This document shows positions 32,999 through 42,519 of a stretch of DNA of 64,000 bases, in pieces (within the stretch, counting starts at the first letter, position 1; each line of letters opens with the position of its first letter). The stretch is from the sequence record NC_025447.1; one strand, 5' to 3'. The notes under the pieces were generated by a model. The model made no database searches and was not told the origin of the DNA. It saw nothing but the letters and a program-made list of their open reading frames with translations. Source of the DNA: Escherichia phage 121Q. Position numbers and translations under genes: made by a program.

Positions 32999-33325
32999 AT
33001 GCTATCAGTACTAATTTCAATTCCGTCTTTAATTCTGATTTGGCTTCTGGTTTACGAATGCTTTATTACTGATGATAATGATAAAAAAGAGTTCTCTGAG
33101 TTGTTTATGCTTGATTCACCGATTGTGCGTATTTTCTATACAGTCGTTGTGGTTTCAGTAATTGTATGGGTTTTGAGTTTTATCTTCCCACTCGGTGCAG
33201 TAGTTAAAACTTTGGATTTAGTTGAGAACTTTGTTGCAATTATGTGGCTAATCAAAGCACTATTTGCAGGAAATGTTAAAATTTGGATTGATATTATCAA
33301 ATTCAAGTTCACGAATAAGATGTAA
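32999..33325 (+). CDS. small membrane protein
   Basis: ORF track. Confidence 0.4.
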   Translation: MLSVLISIPSLILIWLLVYECFITDDNDKKEFSELFMLDSPIVRIFYTVVVVSVIVWVLSFIFPLGAVVKTLDLVENFVAIMWLIKALFAGNVKIWIDIIKFKFTNKM

Positions 33326-33403
33326 CAGTGAAAATATCTCTATAGTATTAAATACTTCTGTACATATATATAGTACAGAAGTATTTCTCGTTAGAGGTTT
33401 GTT

Positions 33404-33763
33404 ATGAAGAGTTATATAAAATTAATAGCACTTGTGTGTGCATTATTTTCATGTTTTAGTTATGGTGCAGCAGCAGAAACATATTGTCGTAGTACTAAGG
33501 GAACGTGGCATGTATTGACTAACGACCCTAGAAATGGTAAAAATATAGTTGTTGATGGTGTGATTTATCGTTTTAAAGTAGAAAGTATTATCGGTAATAA
33601 AAAAATCTCGACTTATAGAGATGATTCTGGTACATTAGCAAACGTAATATTAATTGTAGACCCAAGAACTGGTAATGGTGATATCTATATAGTAATTTAC
33701 TTGGACTCATCGGTACGCCGTGACCTAGATATAGATAAATTGAACTTACACTGTGAAATATAG
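33404..33763 (+). CDS. hypothetical secreted protein (signal peptide)
   Basis: N-terminus MKSYIKLIALVCALFSCFSYGAAA. Confidence 0.45.
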   Translation: MKSYIKLIALVCALFSCFSYGAAAETYCRSTKGTWHVLTNDPRNGKNIVVDGVIYRFKVESIIGNKKISTYRDDSGTLANVILIVDPRTGNGDIYIVIYLDSSVRRDLDIDKLNLHCEI

Positions 33764-33774
33764 GACTTAAAAAA

Positions 33775-34152
33775 ATGGTAAACACTATTTTACTTTTGTT
33801 GTTGAATATTCCAATTATTCTGTCTTTTTTAATTTCTATTTTTATGGCAGGATATTGTTTAGTTGCAGTAATTCATTTCATTTTAACAAACAAATATGTC
33901 CTAATTTCTAAGCTTGATTCTATTTTTGCTTGCGATTCGATTGCTTATAACTTGTGGTTAATTTGTTCTTGCATTATGGGAGTAACTTTCCTTCTGCATG
34001 TATTTGATGTCCTTGACCAAAAGTTCGTATACATCAGTACTGGATTGGCTCTTTATCCTGCTACGTGGTACTTGATTTACGTTGGTGATATATGGTATAG
34101 TACTTATAAAGAATATCAGTACAAGAAATCACTTAACGTTGGAGGAAAATAA
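33775..34152 (+). CDS. hypothetical membrane protein
   Basis: ORF track; polytopic hydrophobicity. Confidence 0.4.
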   Translation: MVNTILLLLLNIPIILSFLISIFMAGYCLVAVIHFILTNKYVLISKLDSIFACDSIAYNLWLICSCIMGVTFLLHVFDVLDQKFVYISTGLALYPATWYLIYVGDIWYSTYKEYQYKKSLNVGGK

Positions 34153-34154
34153 TC

Positions 34155-34505
34155 ATGAAAATTATTTTATTTTTTGTATGTATGTTAATGTGTGGATTGT
34201 CATATGCTGAACCATTGGAAGGTTTAGTTTGTACAGATGGTAATATTAAACATATCTATCAAGGTGATAGTGACGATAGAGATATTGTATATATTGATGG
34301 ACAATCATATACGTTTGTTAAAGAGCATACAGTAGGCGACATTAGCTTCACTGAGTTTTCTAACGACACAGACCCTAACTTCTTAGCGTTTATTGAAGTA
34401 GATGTATATGAAGATAGTAATGGTACACAATATGCTAAATTAGTTATGATGCGTCGTGGTGCTAAAGAAACTAGTTTTGGTGGCTTGTGTAAATATAAGG
34501 ATTGA
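34155..34505 (+). CDS. hypothetical secreted protein (signal peptide)
   Basis: N-terminus MKIILFFVCMLMCGLSYAEP. Confidence 0.45.
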   Translation: MKIILFFVCMLMCGLSYAEPLEGLVCTDGNIKHIYQGDSDDRDIVYIDGQSYTFVKEHTVGDISFTEFSNDTDPNFLAFIEVDVYEDSNGTQYAKLVMMRRGAKETSFGGLCKYKD

Positions 34506-34509
34506 TATT

Positions 34510-34701
34510 ATGTTGATTTATCAAGGTGATAATATTCGTGTTATGCAGCATCCCTACTTACAAATCTTTGATGTGCAGCAGTATATGGAAGGTGATGACC
34601 CAAGAACCTATGGTCGTAAGTATGATTACTTCACTGTAAAGCAGTGTAAAAATATTAACGAAGTACGACAATTAGTTCAAGAACTTCAAAACAAAGGTTG
34701 A
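34510..34701 (+). CDS. hypothetical protein
   Basis: ATG at 34510; track ORF 34456-34701. Confidence 0.35.
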   Translation: MLIYQGDNIRVMQHPYLQIFDVQQYMEGDDPRTYGRKYDYFTVKQCKNINEVRQLVQELQNKG

Positions 34702-34727
34702 CTTCGGTCAGCCTTTTTTGTTATAAT
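34695..34727 (+). promoter_or_regulatory. stem-loop terminator overlapping promoter (PeSL-like cassette)
   Basis: AAGGTTGAC-TTCG-GTCAGCCTT + T-run; TTGACT inside the stem and TATAAT 18 nt downstream. Confidence 0.55.
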
Positions 34728-34755
34728 TCTCTTAATAAATTAGAGGATTTTAATT

Positions 34756-35196
34756 ATGTATGTATATCGTTTTGAACTTAAATTTAGTTACATTGAACCT
34801 AACTTAGATCCTGCACGAACTGTAGGTCCGTTTGCACGGTATTCAACCAGATACAGTACTAAAAATGGATTTGACCGTTTGCTCATGACTACACCTTCTC
34901 AATTCCAACCTGAACCAACTGAGGATGGGATCTATTCAATCAAAAGTGGATGGGTATTTGGCTGTCAAAGTTTGAAAGATTTGTTCAGATTCTTCACTAT
35001 GGACTTAGGTAAATTGCATCGTGCTGGGTTTGCTATATCTGTATATGAAGTTCCAGACCACCATGTAGACATTGGTCGTAATCAGGTTCAGTACTATTGC
35101 GGTAGTGCTAAATTAGTTCGTATCATGTCAGTTAAGGAAGCAAAGGATGAGTTCCGACAAAGTAAAAGAGAAACACATGAGGTAATATATGGATAA
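34756..35196 (+). CDS. hypothetical protein
   Basis: ORF track. Confidence 0.45.
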   Translation: MYVYRFELKFSYIEPNLDPARTVGPFARYSTRYSTKNGFDRLLMTTPSQFQPEPTEDGIYSIKSGWVFGCQSLKDLFRFFTMDLGKLHRAGFAISVYEVPDHHVDIGRNQVQYYCGSAKLVRIMSVKEAKDEFRQSKRETHEVIYG

Positions 35197-35533
35197 AACT
35201 CAAATAGAATTAAAGAAATTTGTTTCATTCTATCTTCCTGATGACCCACGTAATTCACAAAAAGATATTGAATATTATAATATCCTATCTAAACAGTTAA
35301 TGAGAAAGTTTCAACAGTGTTTAACTATATTCAATACAGATGGAAGACGTAGATACCGAATCGTTTCAATGAATGATGAAAACGCAAATTTCTTTGATTA
35401 CGATGTGGTTTTTAGAGCATATAATGATGATCGTATAAAATTAAATTATGATCAAATTATACTTGACCTGAATGTTATATGTGTTATAATCACTCACGTA
35501 GCCGAACTTAATGGTTTTAAAGAATGGTATTGA
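35189..35533 (+). CDS. hypothetical protein
   Basis: ORF track. Confidence 0.4.
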   Translation: MDKTQIELKKFVSFYLPDDPRNSQKDIEYYNILSKQLMRKFQQCLTIFNTDGRRRYRIVSMNDENANFFDYDVVFRAYNDDRIKLNYDQIILDLNVICVIITHVAELNGFKEWY

Positions 35534-35547
35534 ATAAAGGATAACAT

Positions 35548-35814
35548 ATGAAGCTTAAATTACAATATAATGGATTTACTTTACGTAATGATACTGAATT
35601 TATTAATCGTTCTCCTGGTGCTGAACTGTTTTTACGAGAGATGAACATTCCTTTCATCATTACTACAGTGGGCGACCGTGAAGTTCTACAATACGCAGAG
35701 CATCCGATCATTGATGTTCCTTGGTACTCTGAGCATATGTACATGGATATGGCACGTCGCTACAACTGTAAGTTCGTAGTTGAAGGTGATAAAATTACAG
35801 TCGAATTTAAATAA
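35548..35814 (+). CDS. hypothetical protein
   Basis: ORF track. Confidence 0.4.
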   Translation: MKLKLQYNGFTLRNDTEFINRSPGAELFLREMNIPFIITTVGDREVLQYAEHPIIDVPWYSEHMYMDMARRYNCKFVVEGDKITVEFK

Positions 35815-35825
35815 GGTAAATTAAA

Positions 35826-36119
35826 ATGATCAGTACTTCAGTTAATGAAAGCATCGTCGCTGACGTAGAAATGGTTAAAGAATGTGCAGATGAAACTCTT
35901 CGTGATATGTACATTAATGATTTAATTACTGAATACGGTAGTCGTGGTGTACACGAATTTATTCGTTTAAGTGGAGAGTTGATGAAAAATCGAATTCGTA
36001 TGAAGCTTAACGTACATCCAAAAGCATGGGCATTTACATTAAAATACGCAGAAGATATTGTGAATTTGCGTCGAACTGAAGTATATGAACGTTTACACAA
36101 TGGTATGTTAGATAAATGA
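35826..36119 (+). CDS. hypothetical protein
   Basis: ORF track. Confidence 0.4.
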   Translation: MISTSVNESIVADVEMVKECADETLRDMYINDLITEYGSRGVHEFIRLSGELMKNRIRMKLNVHPKAWAFTLKYAEDIVNLRRTEVYERLHNGMLDK

Positions 36120-36171
36120 TTGTAAAATAGGAATTCTTAAATGAATTCCTTTTTGTTTATAAGGTATAGTA

Positions 36172-36393
36172 ATGAAATATATAGTACTTGTACTGATATT
36201 ATTCAGTACTGTTGTAAGTGCTAAACAAAAAGAATATGTTAAATGTATAAATTACGAAGAGAAATATGTTGAAACATATAAAAAAAGTATAATTAAAAAC
36301 GTTTCTATTACTGACCGAGGAACAATCATTGTACTTAAAAATGGGTTAATTATGTTATATAAACCACACGTTAAATGTGAAATTATTAATTGA
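36172..36393 (+). CDS. hypothetical secreted protein (signal peptide)
   Basis: N-terminus MKYIVLVLILFSTVVSA. Confidence 0.4.
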   Translation: MKYIVLVLILFSTVVSAKQKEYVKCINYEEKYVETYKKSIIKNVSITDRGTIIVLKNGLIMLYKPHVKCEIIN

Positions 36394-36400
36394 GGAAATT

Positions 36401-36973
36401 ATGAATCGTAAAGGTCGTTTTAAAGTATCAAAAAAGAACAAAAGTTCTAGGTTTAAACCTATTGTTTTAACAGTTAAATCTAACAAAGATTTAACTGCAC
36501 TTAGTAAAAAGATAATTTCATCTAAGATTGAAGTATCATACGTAAATTCATTAAAATATATGAATGTCAAACCACTGGACCAACTCATTTCACTTATATT
36601 TGAACGTAATGATTTTGAGATATCAGTAGATGATTATAGAGCCTATAATGCTGGTTTCATTAATGTTACTTGTAATAAAAAACTAACTGAGTTGGAAAAT
36701 TTGTCATGTATAATAAATCTAGATAAAGGTGTTGTGAAGTACCATTTTGTACATTTCACTAATATCAATAATGGAATGGGTGTACAATCCAGACCTATAG
36801 TGCCTACGTGTGATGTTACTAAATTAGCAAAGCTCAATGATGAAGAATATTTTCAAGAAAGCATTGTAACTGAGCATTTAGATGATATAATAGCTACTTA
36901 CAAAGAATGCATATGGGTGTTGAATGCTATAAAACCTAAATTGTGTTTAATGAATATTGTTCGTGATTTATGA
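36401..36973 (+). CDS. hypothetical protein, EExFFQxST-motif family
   Basis: ATG at 36401 after GAGGAAA; product contains DEEYFQESIV. Confidence 0.45.
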   Translation: MNRKGRFKVSKKNKSSRFKPIVLTVKSNKDLTALSKKIISSKIEVSYVNSLKYMNVKPLDQLISLIFERNDFEISVDDYRAYNAGFINVTCNKKLTELENLSCIINLDKGVVKYHFVHFTNINNGMGVQSRPIVPTCDVTKLAKLNDEEYFQESIVTEHLDDIIATYKECIWVLNAIKPKLCLMNIVRDL

Positions 36974-36986
36974 ATGGGGAATCGTA

Positions 36987-37430
36987 ATGAGTTGGGTAAA
37001 TGTTAATAGTATTGAACTTAACGAACAAGATATTTTTGCATTTGTAAATTTAACTAATAACACAGTACTAAAAGGGCGTTTGTTCAGTGCTAGTGATGGG
37101 TACAAATGGATCTCTTTGATGGATGATAGTGGTGTGATTTATAATGTAATGCAATTACCCCAATGGGTATATAGTAACACTGCTGACGATGTTCTTACCG
37201 CAGTTATGCGTGAGTTTGAAAAACTCCCAGGTGGTGATATCAAAAACAAAGTTTTTAATGCAGAACGTAAAAATTATACAGCACAGCAATTGGAATCCCT
37301 TGCCATTGCTGCTTATCAAGCTGCTATTAAGAAGCCAGAGTGCGTTATTCTTAAGTATGTACCAGACTTAAAACTTACGTTGGAAGACATGGATGCATTC
37401 ATTTTTACATCTGAACTTGAACAGTACTAA
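36987..37430 (+). CDS. hypothetical protein
   Basis: ATG at 36987; track ORF 36957-37430. Confidence 0.45.
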   Translation: MSWVNVNSIELNEQDIFAFVNLTNNTVLKGRLFSASDGYKWISLMDDSGVIYNVMQLPQWVYSNTADDVLTAVMREFEKLPGGDIKNKVFNAERKNYTAQQLESLAIAAYQAAIKKPECVILKYVPDLKLTLEDMDAFIFTSELEQY

Positions 37431-37545
37431 TTTAACTTTGGGACAACCATTCTTATTATGATATAATGTTTTATGTCATTCGATATAAATGACAACGGAA
37501 CTATAAATATTATAGTAAAATTTATCTCTTATAGGAGTTATAAAA

Positions 37546-37929
37546 ATGGTTGATAAATGGAATAAGAAAGATCCATCACATGATGTTGATATTTCTGGTC
37601 TAGACAATGCACATAAGCACAAGTATCTAGATTCACTAGGTCTTCTAAAACCAGACCAAAGTCTTGCACATGATCGTCCATCCCGTGAAAAAGCATTTAG
37701 CCTAGAATCACTAGGTCATGAGCTTAATCGTGTGTTTGAGGATCACCCAATCTATGTACGTGATATTATCGAGAAACTTAAAGTAACTCCTAAAGAGCAC
37801 TTTAAAGCAACTGTACACTCTGCATTCCGTGCATTACATGAATCTCTAAAGAAAACTCACAATCTTCGTAAAATTCATGATGAAATCGTGAATGCAATCG
37901 AAAGTGAAAAACATAAGTTCAAGAAGTAA
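37546..37929 (+). CDS. hypothetical protein (shares motifs with 38175-39686)
   Basis: ORF track; YLDSLGLLKPDQ and VTPKEHFKATVHSAFRAL resemble segments of the downstream 503-aa protein. Confidence 0.5.
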   Translation: MVDKWNKKDPSHDVDISGLDNAHKHKYLDSLGLLKPDQSLAHDRPSREKAFSLESLGHELNRVFEDHPIYVRDIIEKLKVTPKEHFKATVHSAFRALHESLKKTHNLRKIHDEIVNAIESEKHKFKK

Positions 37930-37935
37930 TAAAAA

Positions 37936-37968
37936 GGGTTGACTAAGGTCAGCCCTTTGTTGTATCAT
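37936..37968 (+). promoter_or_regulatory. stem-loop terminator overlapping promoter (PeSL-like cassette, variant)
   Basis: GGGTTGAC-TAAG-GTCAGCCC hairpin, then TTTGTTG and TATCAT. Confidence 0.45.
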
Positions 37969-38117
37969 AACTTCTCAATATAACTGAGGTATCATATATG
38001 CAAGGTTTAAAATTTGTAGTTGCTGCACTCATCGCCGCAGTACTGGTTGGTGGTGTATTCTATGTAGTGGATCAAAAAGTAAATCCACCTGCACAAGAAC
38101 AATCTAAGTAACAAAAT

Positions 38118-38150
38118 AAGGTTGACTTCGGTCAGCCTTTTCTTTATACT
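38118..38150 (+). promoter_or_regulatory. stem-loop terminator overlapping promoter (PeSL-like cassette)
   Basis: AAGGTTGAC-TTCG-GTCAGCCTT + T-rich; TATACT downstream. Confidence 0.5.
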
Positions 38151-38174
38151 ATAAATATAGACATAGAGAAAAAA

Positions 38175-39686
38175 ATGAAATCTATGGAGAGAAATCAAAT
38201 GCCAAGTAATTTTACTGATAAAAATGGTGGTAACATGGCTGGTCACTCTGATAAATGGAGTGAACGCAACCGCCGTCCAAATAGTTATCAAGCAGGTCAA
38301 GGTTCACGTGGGTCACGTAACCAAGGAACTGGTCTAGCTGGTAAAGCAAACGCAGAAGCAGGTGAAGTTAAGAGTACTGAGAACATGACTGAGCTAGAAA
38401 AGCTACGTTATGTTAACTCATTAGGTCTTCTTAACGCAACACAAAAACAACGCCTTGCTGATATGGAACGTGCTGAGAAAGAACAAGCAGTTCCTAAAGA
38501 AGAACCAAAAGCAGAAGTACCTAAAGCTGCTAACCCTGTTAAAGAGTTATCAGATAACTTAGGTAAGATCTTTGCTAACAAACCACAGTTGATTCAGGGT
38601 ATTGTCAAAGCACTACAGGCAGTTCCTAAAGAAGAACTCAAAGGTAAAGCACAAGCTGTACTTGATGTAATGAAAGGTAATAAGAGCACTGAACCAACTG
38701 AAGTATTCAGTACTATCATGCGTGCACTTGAAGGTACACACAAAGAAGATTCCAAAGAACCTGAACAGGGTGAAGCAAGTCTTGATGGTATTCTTAAAAC
38801 TTTTGATAATATTGGTAAAGCAGACCGTGCTAATGCCCAGCAAGTCAAGAATGTACTGGCTAAACTTGAAAACCGTTTAGAAGGTAAAGACGATAAGGTT
38901 AAGCTCGTATCAGATGCAGTTAACAGTGCACTTAAATCTTATGTACAAGGTGAGAAAAGTCGCTTCGTAACAGCTATGGATGCTGCATTCAACACTATGA
39001 AAAAGTATGAAGCAGAACATGGTGAGAAGGTAACACCAGATGGTTATCTAAAGCGTGCAGATGAAGAGGGTGCAGTTGAACAGAAAGATGTTGAGCCTGA
39101 GCAAGAAGAAATACCTGATACCGTTGATATGGATGGATACATTCATCGTCCTGAGATGGAAGAGTTTGGGTCAGATAAAGAAGGTTTTGAACATGCAATG
39201 GCAGTATATAAAGCATTAGTTAAAAATCCAGATTATGCTAACCGTTTTGTTGACGAGTTTGATAGTGCATGGAATAACTACAAAGAGAAAGGTTATGACT
39301 TCCCTGCTGAAGCTGCATTCTTTGAACTTGGTAAACTATTAGCTAAACATGGAATTGACGTTGGTTCATCTGATTCCGAAGGTATGGAAGAAGAACATCT
39401 TGAAATGACCGATAAATCAATTCATGAACTTCAAAAGCTAATGATGTGGATATCCGAGATTGGCAAAAAAGCAGGTGCTGATCGTAAAAGTATCAACAAA
39501 AACATTAGTTGGATTAAAGATAATGTTGGTAACAATGCTCGTAAACTTCAAAAGGCGTGGGCTGATTTAGTAAATGGTGCAGATGATGTTGACATTGAAT
39601 CACCAGAAGCATATGAGTATGCACTAACTACACTTGATAACTCATTCAAAGAGTACGACAGTGGTGTTGGAAAGGATAAAAAATAA
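38175..39686 (+). CDS. hypothetical acidic protein (503 aa) with internal repeats
   Basis: Long ORF flanked by terminator cassettes; repeated NSLGLL and AVPKEE/VPKEELK segments. Confidence 0.55.
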   Translation: MKSMERNQMPSNFTDKNGGNMAGHSDKWSERNRRPNSYQAGQGSRGSRNQGTGLAGKANAEAGEVKSTENMTELEKLRYVNSLGLLNATQKQRLADMERAEKEQAVPKEEPKAEVPKAANPVKELSDNLGKIFANKPQLIQGIVKALQAVPKEELKGKAQAVLDVMKGNKSTEPTEVFSTIMRALEGTHKEDSKEPEQGEASLDGILKTFDNIGKADRANAQQVKNVLAKLENRLEGKDDKVKLVSDAVNSALKSYVQGEKSRFVTAMDAAFNTMKKYEAEHGEKVTPDGYLKRADEEGAVEQKDVEPEQEEIPDTVDMDGYIHRPEMEEFGSDKEGFEHAMAVYKALVKNPDYANRFVDEFDSAWNNYKEKGYDFPAEAAFFELGKLLAKHGIDVGSSDSEGMEEEHLEMTDKSIHELQKLMMWISEIGKKAGADRKSINKNISWIKDNVGNNARKLQKAWADLVNGADDVDIESPEAYEYALTTLDNSFKEYDSGVGKDKK

Positions 39687-39693
39687 ACATTTA

Positions 39694-39730
39694 AAAGGTT
39701 GACTTCGGTCAACCTTTTTTTGTAAATATA
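39694..39730 (+). promoter_or_regulatory. stem-loop terminator overlapping promoter (PeSL-like cassette)
   Basis: AAAGGTTGAC-TTCG-GTCAACCTTT + TTTTTT. Confidence 0.55.
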
Positions 39731-39757
39731 AAAGAGGAATTAAGAAGAGGGATTACA

Positions 39758-40009
39758 ATGAAAAAATATATTATATTTGGAATTGTATTATTTTCCAGTA
39801 CTAGTTATGGTGCAGATTATCATTGCTCCGTAGCAAGACAGGATTTCAGAAATGGGGATTTCTATACCACTTCATACACAAAAGGAATAATACACGACAT
39901 CGACACAACTATTGGATTTAATGCATTTGATAACAAAGATTCATATACTTCAGGTATACTATCTGAGCGTAAGACTGATGTAATGGGAATAGAAAAAGAG
40001 TTCCGGTGA
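39758..40009 (+). CDS. hypothetical secreted protein (signal peptide)
   Basis: N-terminus MKKYIIFGIVLFSSTSYGA. Confidence 0.45.
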   Translation: MKKYIIFGIVLFSSTSYGADYHCSVARQDFRNGDFYTTSYTKGIIHDIDTTIGFNAFDNKDSYTSGILSERKTDVMGIEKEFR

Positions 40010-40019
40010 TTCAGTAGCA

Positions 40020-40343
40020 ATGTGCAATGACATTGAAAGTACTAAAACAATTTATTATAATAATGAACGTAATTATCGTTTTCATAATTTAACCACAAAT
40101 AAAAGTTTACTATTTTACAATTGTAAAGAAGTAAAACTCCCACCCGACAATAGCTGTAACCCGACGAACCCATCACCAGCACAATGTAATACTCAATCTG
40201 AACCTGATAACAATAAAAAAGACAAAGATAAAGATAAAAAAGAAGACAAAAAACCTTTAAAAGATAAAAAGAAAGATAAAAAACCTAATCCGTTTAAAAA
40301 TAATAAACCAGCACAACCCGATATGACGTGTAAAATAAAATAA
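40020..40343 (+). CDS. hypothetical Lys/Asp-rich protein
   Basis: ORF track; KDKDKDKKEDKK low-complexity tract. Confidence 0.35.
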   Translation: MCNDIESTKTIYYNNERNYRFHNLTTNKSLLFYNCKEVKLPPDNSCNPTNPSPAQCNTQSEPDNNKKDKDKDKKEDKKPLKDKKKDKKPNPFKNNKPAQPDMTCKIK

Positions 40344-40352
40344 GGATATATA

Positions 40353-40772
40353 ATGAAAAAGATTTTTTTAAGTATTATTTTAGTACTTTTTAGTTTTAAT
40401 GTATATGCAGCAGATGCTAAACAGGTTGCAAATACAGTAAAAGATGTTATAGTAGATAATGCTCCTACATTAGAGGAAATTGGGGTAAAAACTTGTGATA
40501 TTGTAATATATAATTTAGTTAATGATGAACGAGTTATGTTGAATACGTATGAACAAGTAGTCCCATTGGTTGAATCTGGTGATGCTTTTAGCTTTACATA
40601 TAAAGTTAAATTAACAGGAGGGGTTGAAGTTAATCTTGACATTGATACCGCTTCAGTACTAAAAGATAAACTAGGATATGTGTTCAATCGTATTCGTGAA
40701 GAAGGTCATCTTAAGTATGTTTATGAAAGTAAAATACTAAAACGTGCAATAGTTATAGAAAACTGTAAATGA
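40353..40772 (+). CDS. hypothetical secreted protein (signal peptide)
   Basis: N-terminus MKKIFLSIILVLFSFNVYAA. Confidence 0.45.
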   Translation: MKKIFLSIILVLFSFNVYAADAKQVANTVKDVIVDNAPTLEEIGVKTCDIVIYNLVNDERVMLNTYEQVVPLVESGDAFSFTYKVKLTGGVEVNLDIDTASVLKDKLGYVFNRIREEGHLKYVYESKILKRAIVIENCK

Positions 40773-40779
40773 TAATAAA

Positions 40780-40813
40780 AGGGTTGACTTCGGTCAGCCT
40801 TTTTTGTTATGAT
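40780..40813 (+). promoter_or_regulatory. stem-loop terminator overlapping promoter (PeSL-like cassette)
   Basis: GGGTTGAC-TTCG-GTCAGCC + TTTTTT; TATGAT downstream. Confidence 0.5.
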
Positions 40814-40841
40814 GTTGATATTAACTACAGAGGATAAAGTA

Positions 40842-41483
40842 ATGACTAAGCAAGAAATATTCAAAACTTTAATTGACATTTTGCGTCCATCAAAAACTCG
40901 TTGTGCGATGGAGTTTGATATTCCTTATGCTGAACGCGTAATCTTTCCACAAGTTAAAGCTGCTGGACTTACTTTGCTTGGAATGGGGATGTACTCTGTA
41001 GTAGTTGAACATAAAAACTATCCTGGGCGTGCATTTAAAGTAACCACTTCACGCTGGGATGGTTTTCGTGCTTATGCAAAGTACTGCATTGAAAACGCAG
41101 GAACCAAGTTTCTTCCAGTGATCTACAGTGCCAACGAACAAGGAAACTTTGGATGGTATGAGATGGACAAGTACTATCCTATAATTAAACAAAAAAATAA
41201 TTATGATGACTTTGTTAGTACTAAAATTGGAGATTTATATTCTTATGCACATGCTGGTCAGTACGCTACTTCAGTGAATGATATGCGTGGTAATTCTGAA
41301 GAGATTGCTATTGCAACGGTCGCTGCTAACATCATGAAAGAGTTTCACGGGCGTTTTGTACCAGACATTCATTCAAGTAATGTAATGATGGATAAAGATG
41401 GGAATGTATTCATTACTGATCCTCTTTCGTGTGATGTGCGTAGAGAAATACCAATTACTGAAGAAGATCCAGTTTTTTATTGA
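40842..41483 (+). CDS. hypothetical protein
   Basis: ATG at 40842 after AGAGGA; track ORF 40809-41483. Confidence 0.45.
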   Translation: MTKQEIFKTLIDILRPSKTRCAMEFDIPYAERVIFPQVKAAGLTLLGMGMYSVVVEHKNYPGRAFKVTTSRWDGFRAYAKYCIENAGTKFLPVIYSANEQGNFGWYEMDKYYPIIKQKNNYDDFVSTKIGDLYSYAHAGQYATSVNDMRGNSEEIAIATVAANIMKEFHGRFVPDIHSSNVMMDKDGNVFITDPLSCDVRREIPITEEDPVFY

Positions 41484-41544
41484 CAGAACTGATGTTCTGG
41501 TGTATTCTTAATAAACCATAAAAATTGCGGTAAAGGATAAAATC

Positions 41545-41826
41545 ATGCGTTCATTTGAAAACTTAATAGGTAAGCATCTTTTATCTGAAATTGATGCAGA
41601 CGTTAAAGAATTATCCAAATCAAAAAGTTACATTCATTTGGATGAACTGTTTATTAAGTACGGTGAGATTGGTTTTAAGTCATTATTTGTTTTTACTATG
41701 AAAGTACATAGTTTAAAGTACTTCGATTTGAGTACTAAAGATGGTGAACCGAATCTATATTACATGTATTACCTTAAGAACAAAGATGAAGCTAATACAT
41801 TACTCTCTGAATATATATTGGGGTAA
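41545..41826 (+). CDS. hypothetical protein
   Basis: ORF track. Confidence 0.4.
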   Translation: MRSFENLIGKHLLSEIDADVKELSKSKSYIHLDELFIKYGEIGFKSLFVFTMKVHSLKYFDLSTKDGEPNLYYMYYLKNKDEANTLLSEYILG

Positions 41827-41828
41827 AA

Positions 41829-42167
41829 ATGGAACAATATTTTGAATTAATAAACAAAGTATCATTTTATGTAGTATCTTTGGTTTGGGTGTATTATATG
41901 TTTTGCTATATTATTGCATTCTTCCGATATACTACTTTATATGAACGTATCTACTATGATGCCCCAATTTCATTCTTGATGTTTTGTGCCTGTACGTGGG
42001 GAATATTAGAAGTACTGATATGTGGGTATAGTACTGATGAATTAAATCTGGTATCGGTGTTGACTGGGTTTTCATTTGTTGTTATGATAGCTGCCGTTCC
42101 AGTATGGTTGTTCTTTGGACTAGTTCATCGCATTGATATATGGCGTTCTAATATCCCTGAAAAGTAA
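41829..42167 (+). CDS. small polytopic membrane protein, paralog family (C-terminal RxNIPEK-type motif)
   Basis: Hydrophobic segments; ends HRIDIWRSNIPEK. Confidence 0.45.
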   Translation: MEQYFELINKVSFYVVSLVWVYYMFCYIIAFFRYTTLYERIYYDAPISFLMFCACTWGILEVLICGYSTDELNLVSVLTGFSFVVMIAAVPVWLFFGLVHRIDIWRSNIPEK

Positions 42168-42176
42168 GGATTGGTA

Positions 42177-42518
42177 ATGATTTATTACACTAACATGTTT
42201 GCCTATGCTGTTGCTTGCATTTACATTGTTTACTTCTTATTCGGTGGAGTACTGTGCTTCTTTAAGTACAAAACGTTGTTCAACCGAATGTACCCAAATC
42301 ATCCAATTGTAGTTGTACTTTTGATTCTTTCAGTTTCTCAAATAATCGTTGAAACTACAATGGGTATCAGTAGTGTACATTATAGTTTTGGTACTATAGT
42401 AATTATTACTATGCTTATTGCATACATTTTAGTACTTGGATATGGTATCTTTGGTAATATTGGTATGAAAATGTATCATCGAATTAAAACATTACGTGAT
42501 AATCTACCGGAGCGTTGA
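42177..42518 (+). CDS. small polytopic membrane protein, paralog family
   Basis: ATG at 42177; ends HRIKTLRDNLPER. Confidence 0.45.
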   Translation: MIYYTNMFAYAVACIYIVYFLFGGVLCFFKYKTLFNRMYPNHPIVVVLLILSVSQIIVETTMGISSVHYSFGTIVIITMLIAYILVLGYGIFGNIGMKMYHRIKTLRDNLPER

Positions 42519-42519
42519 T

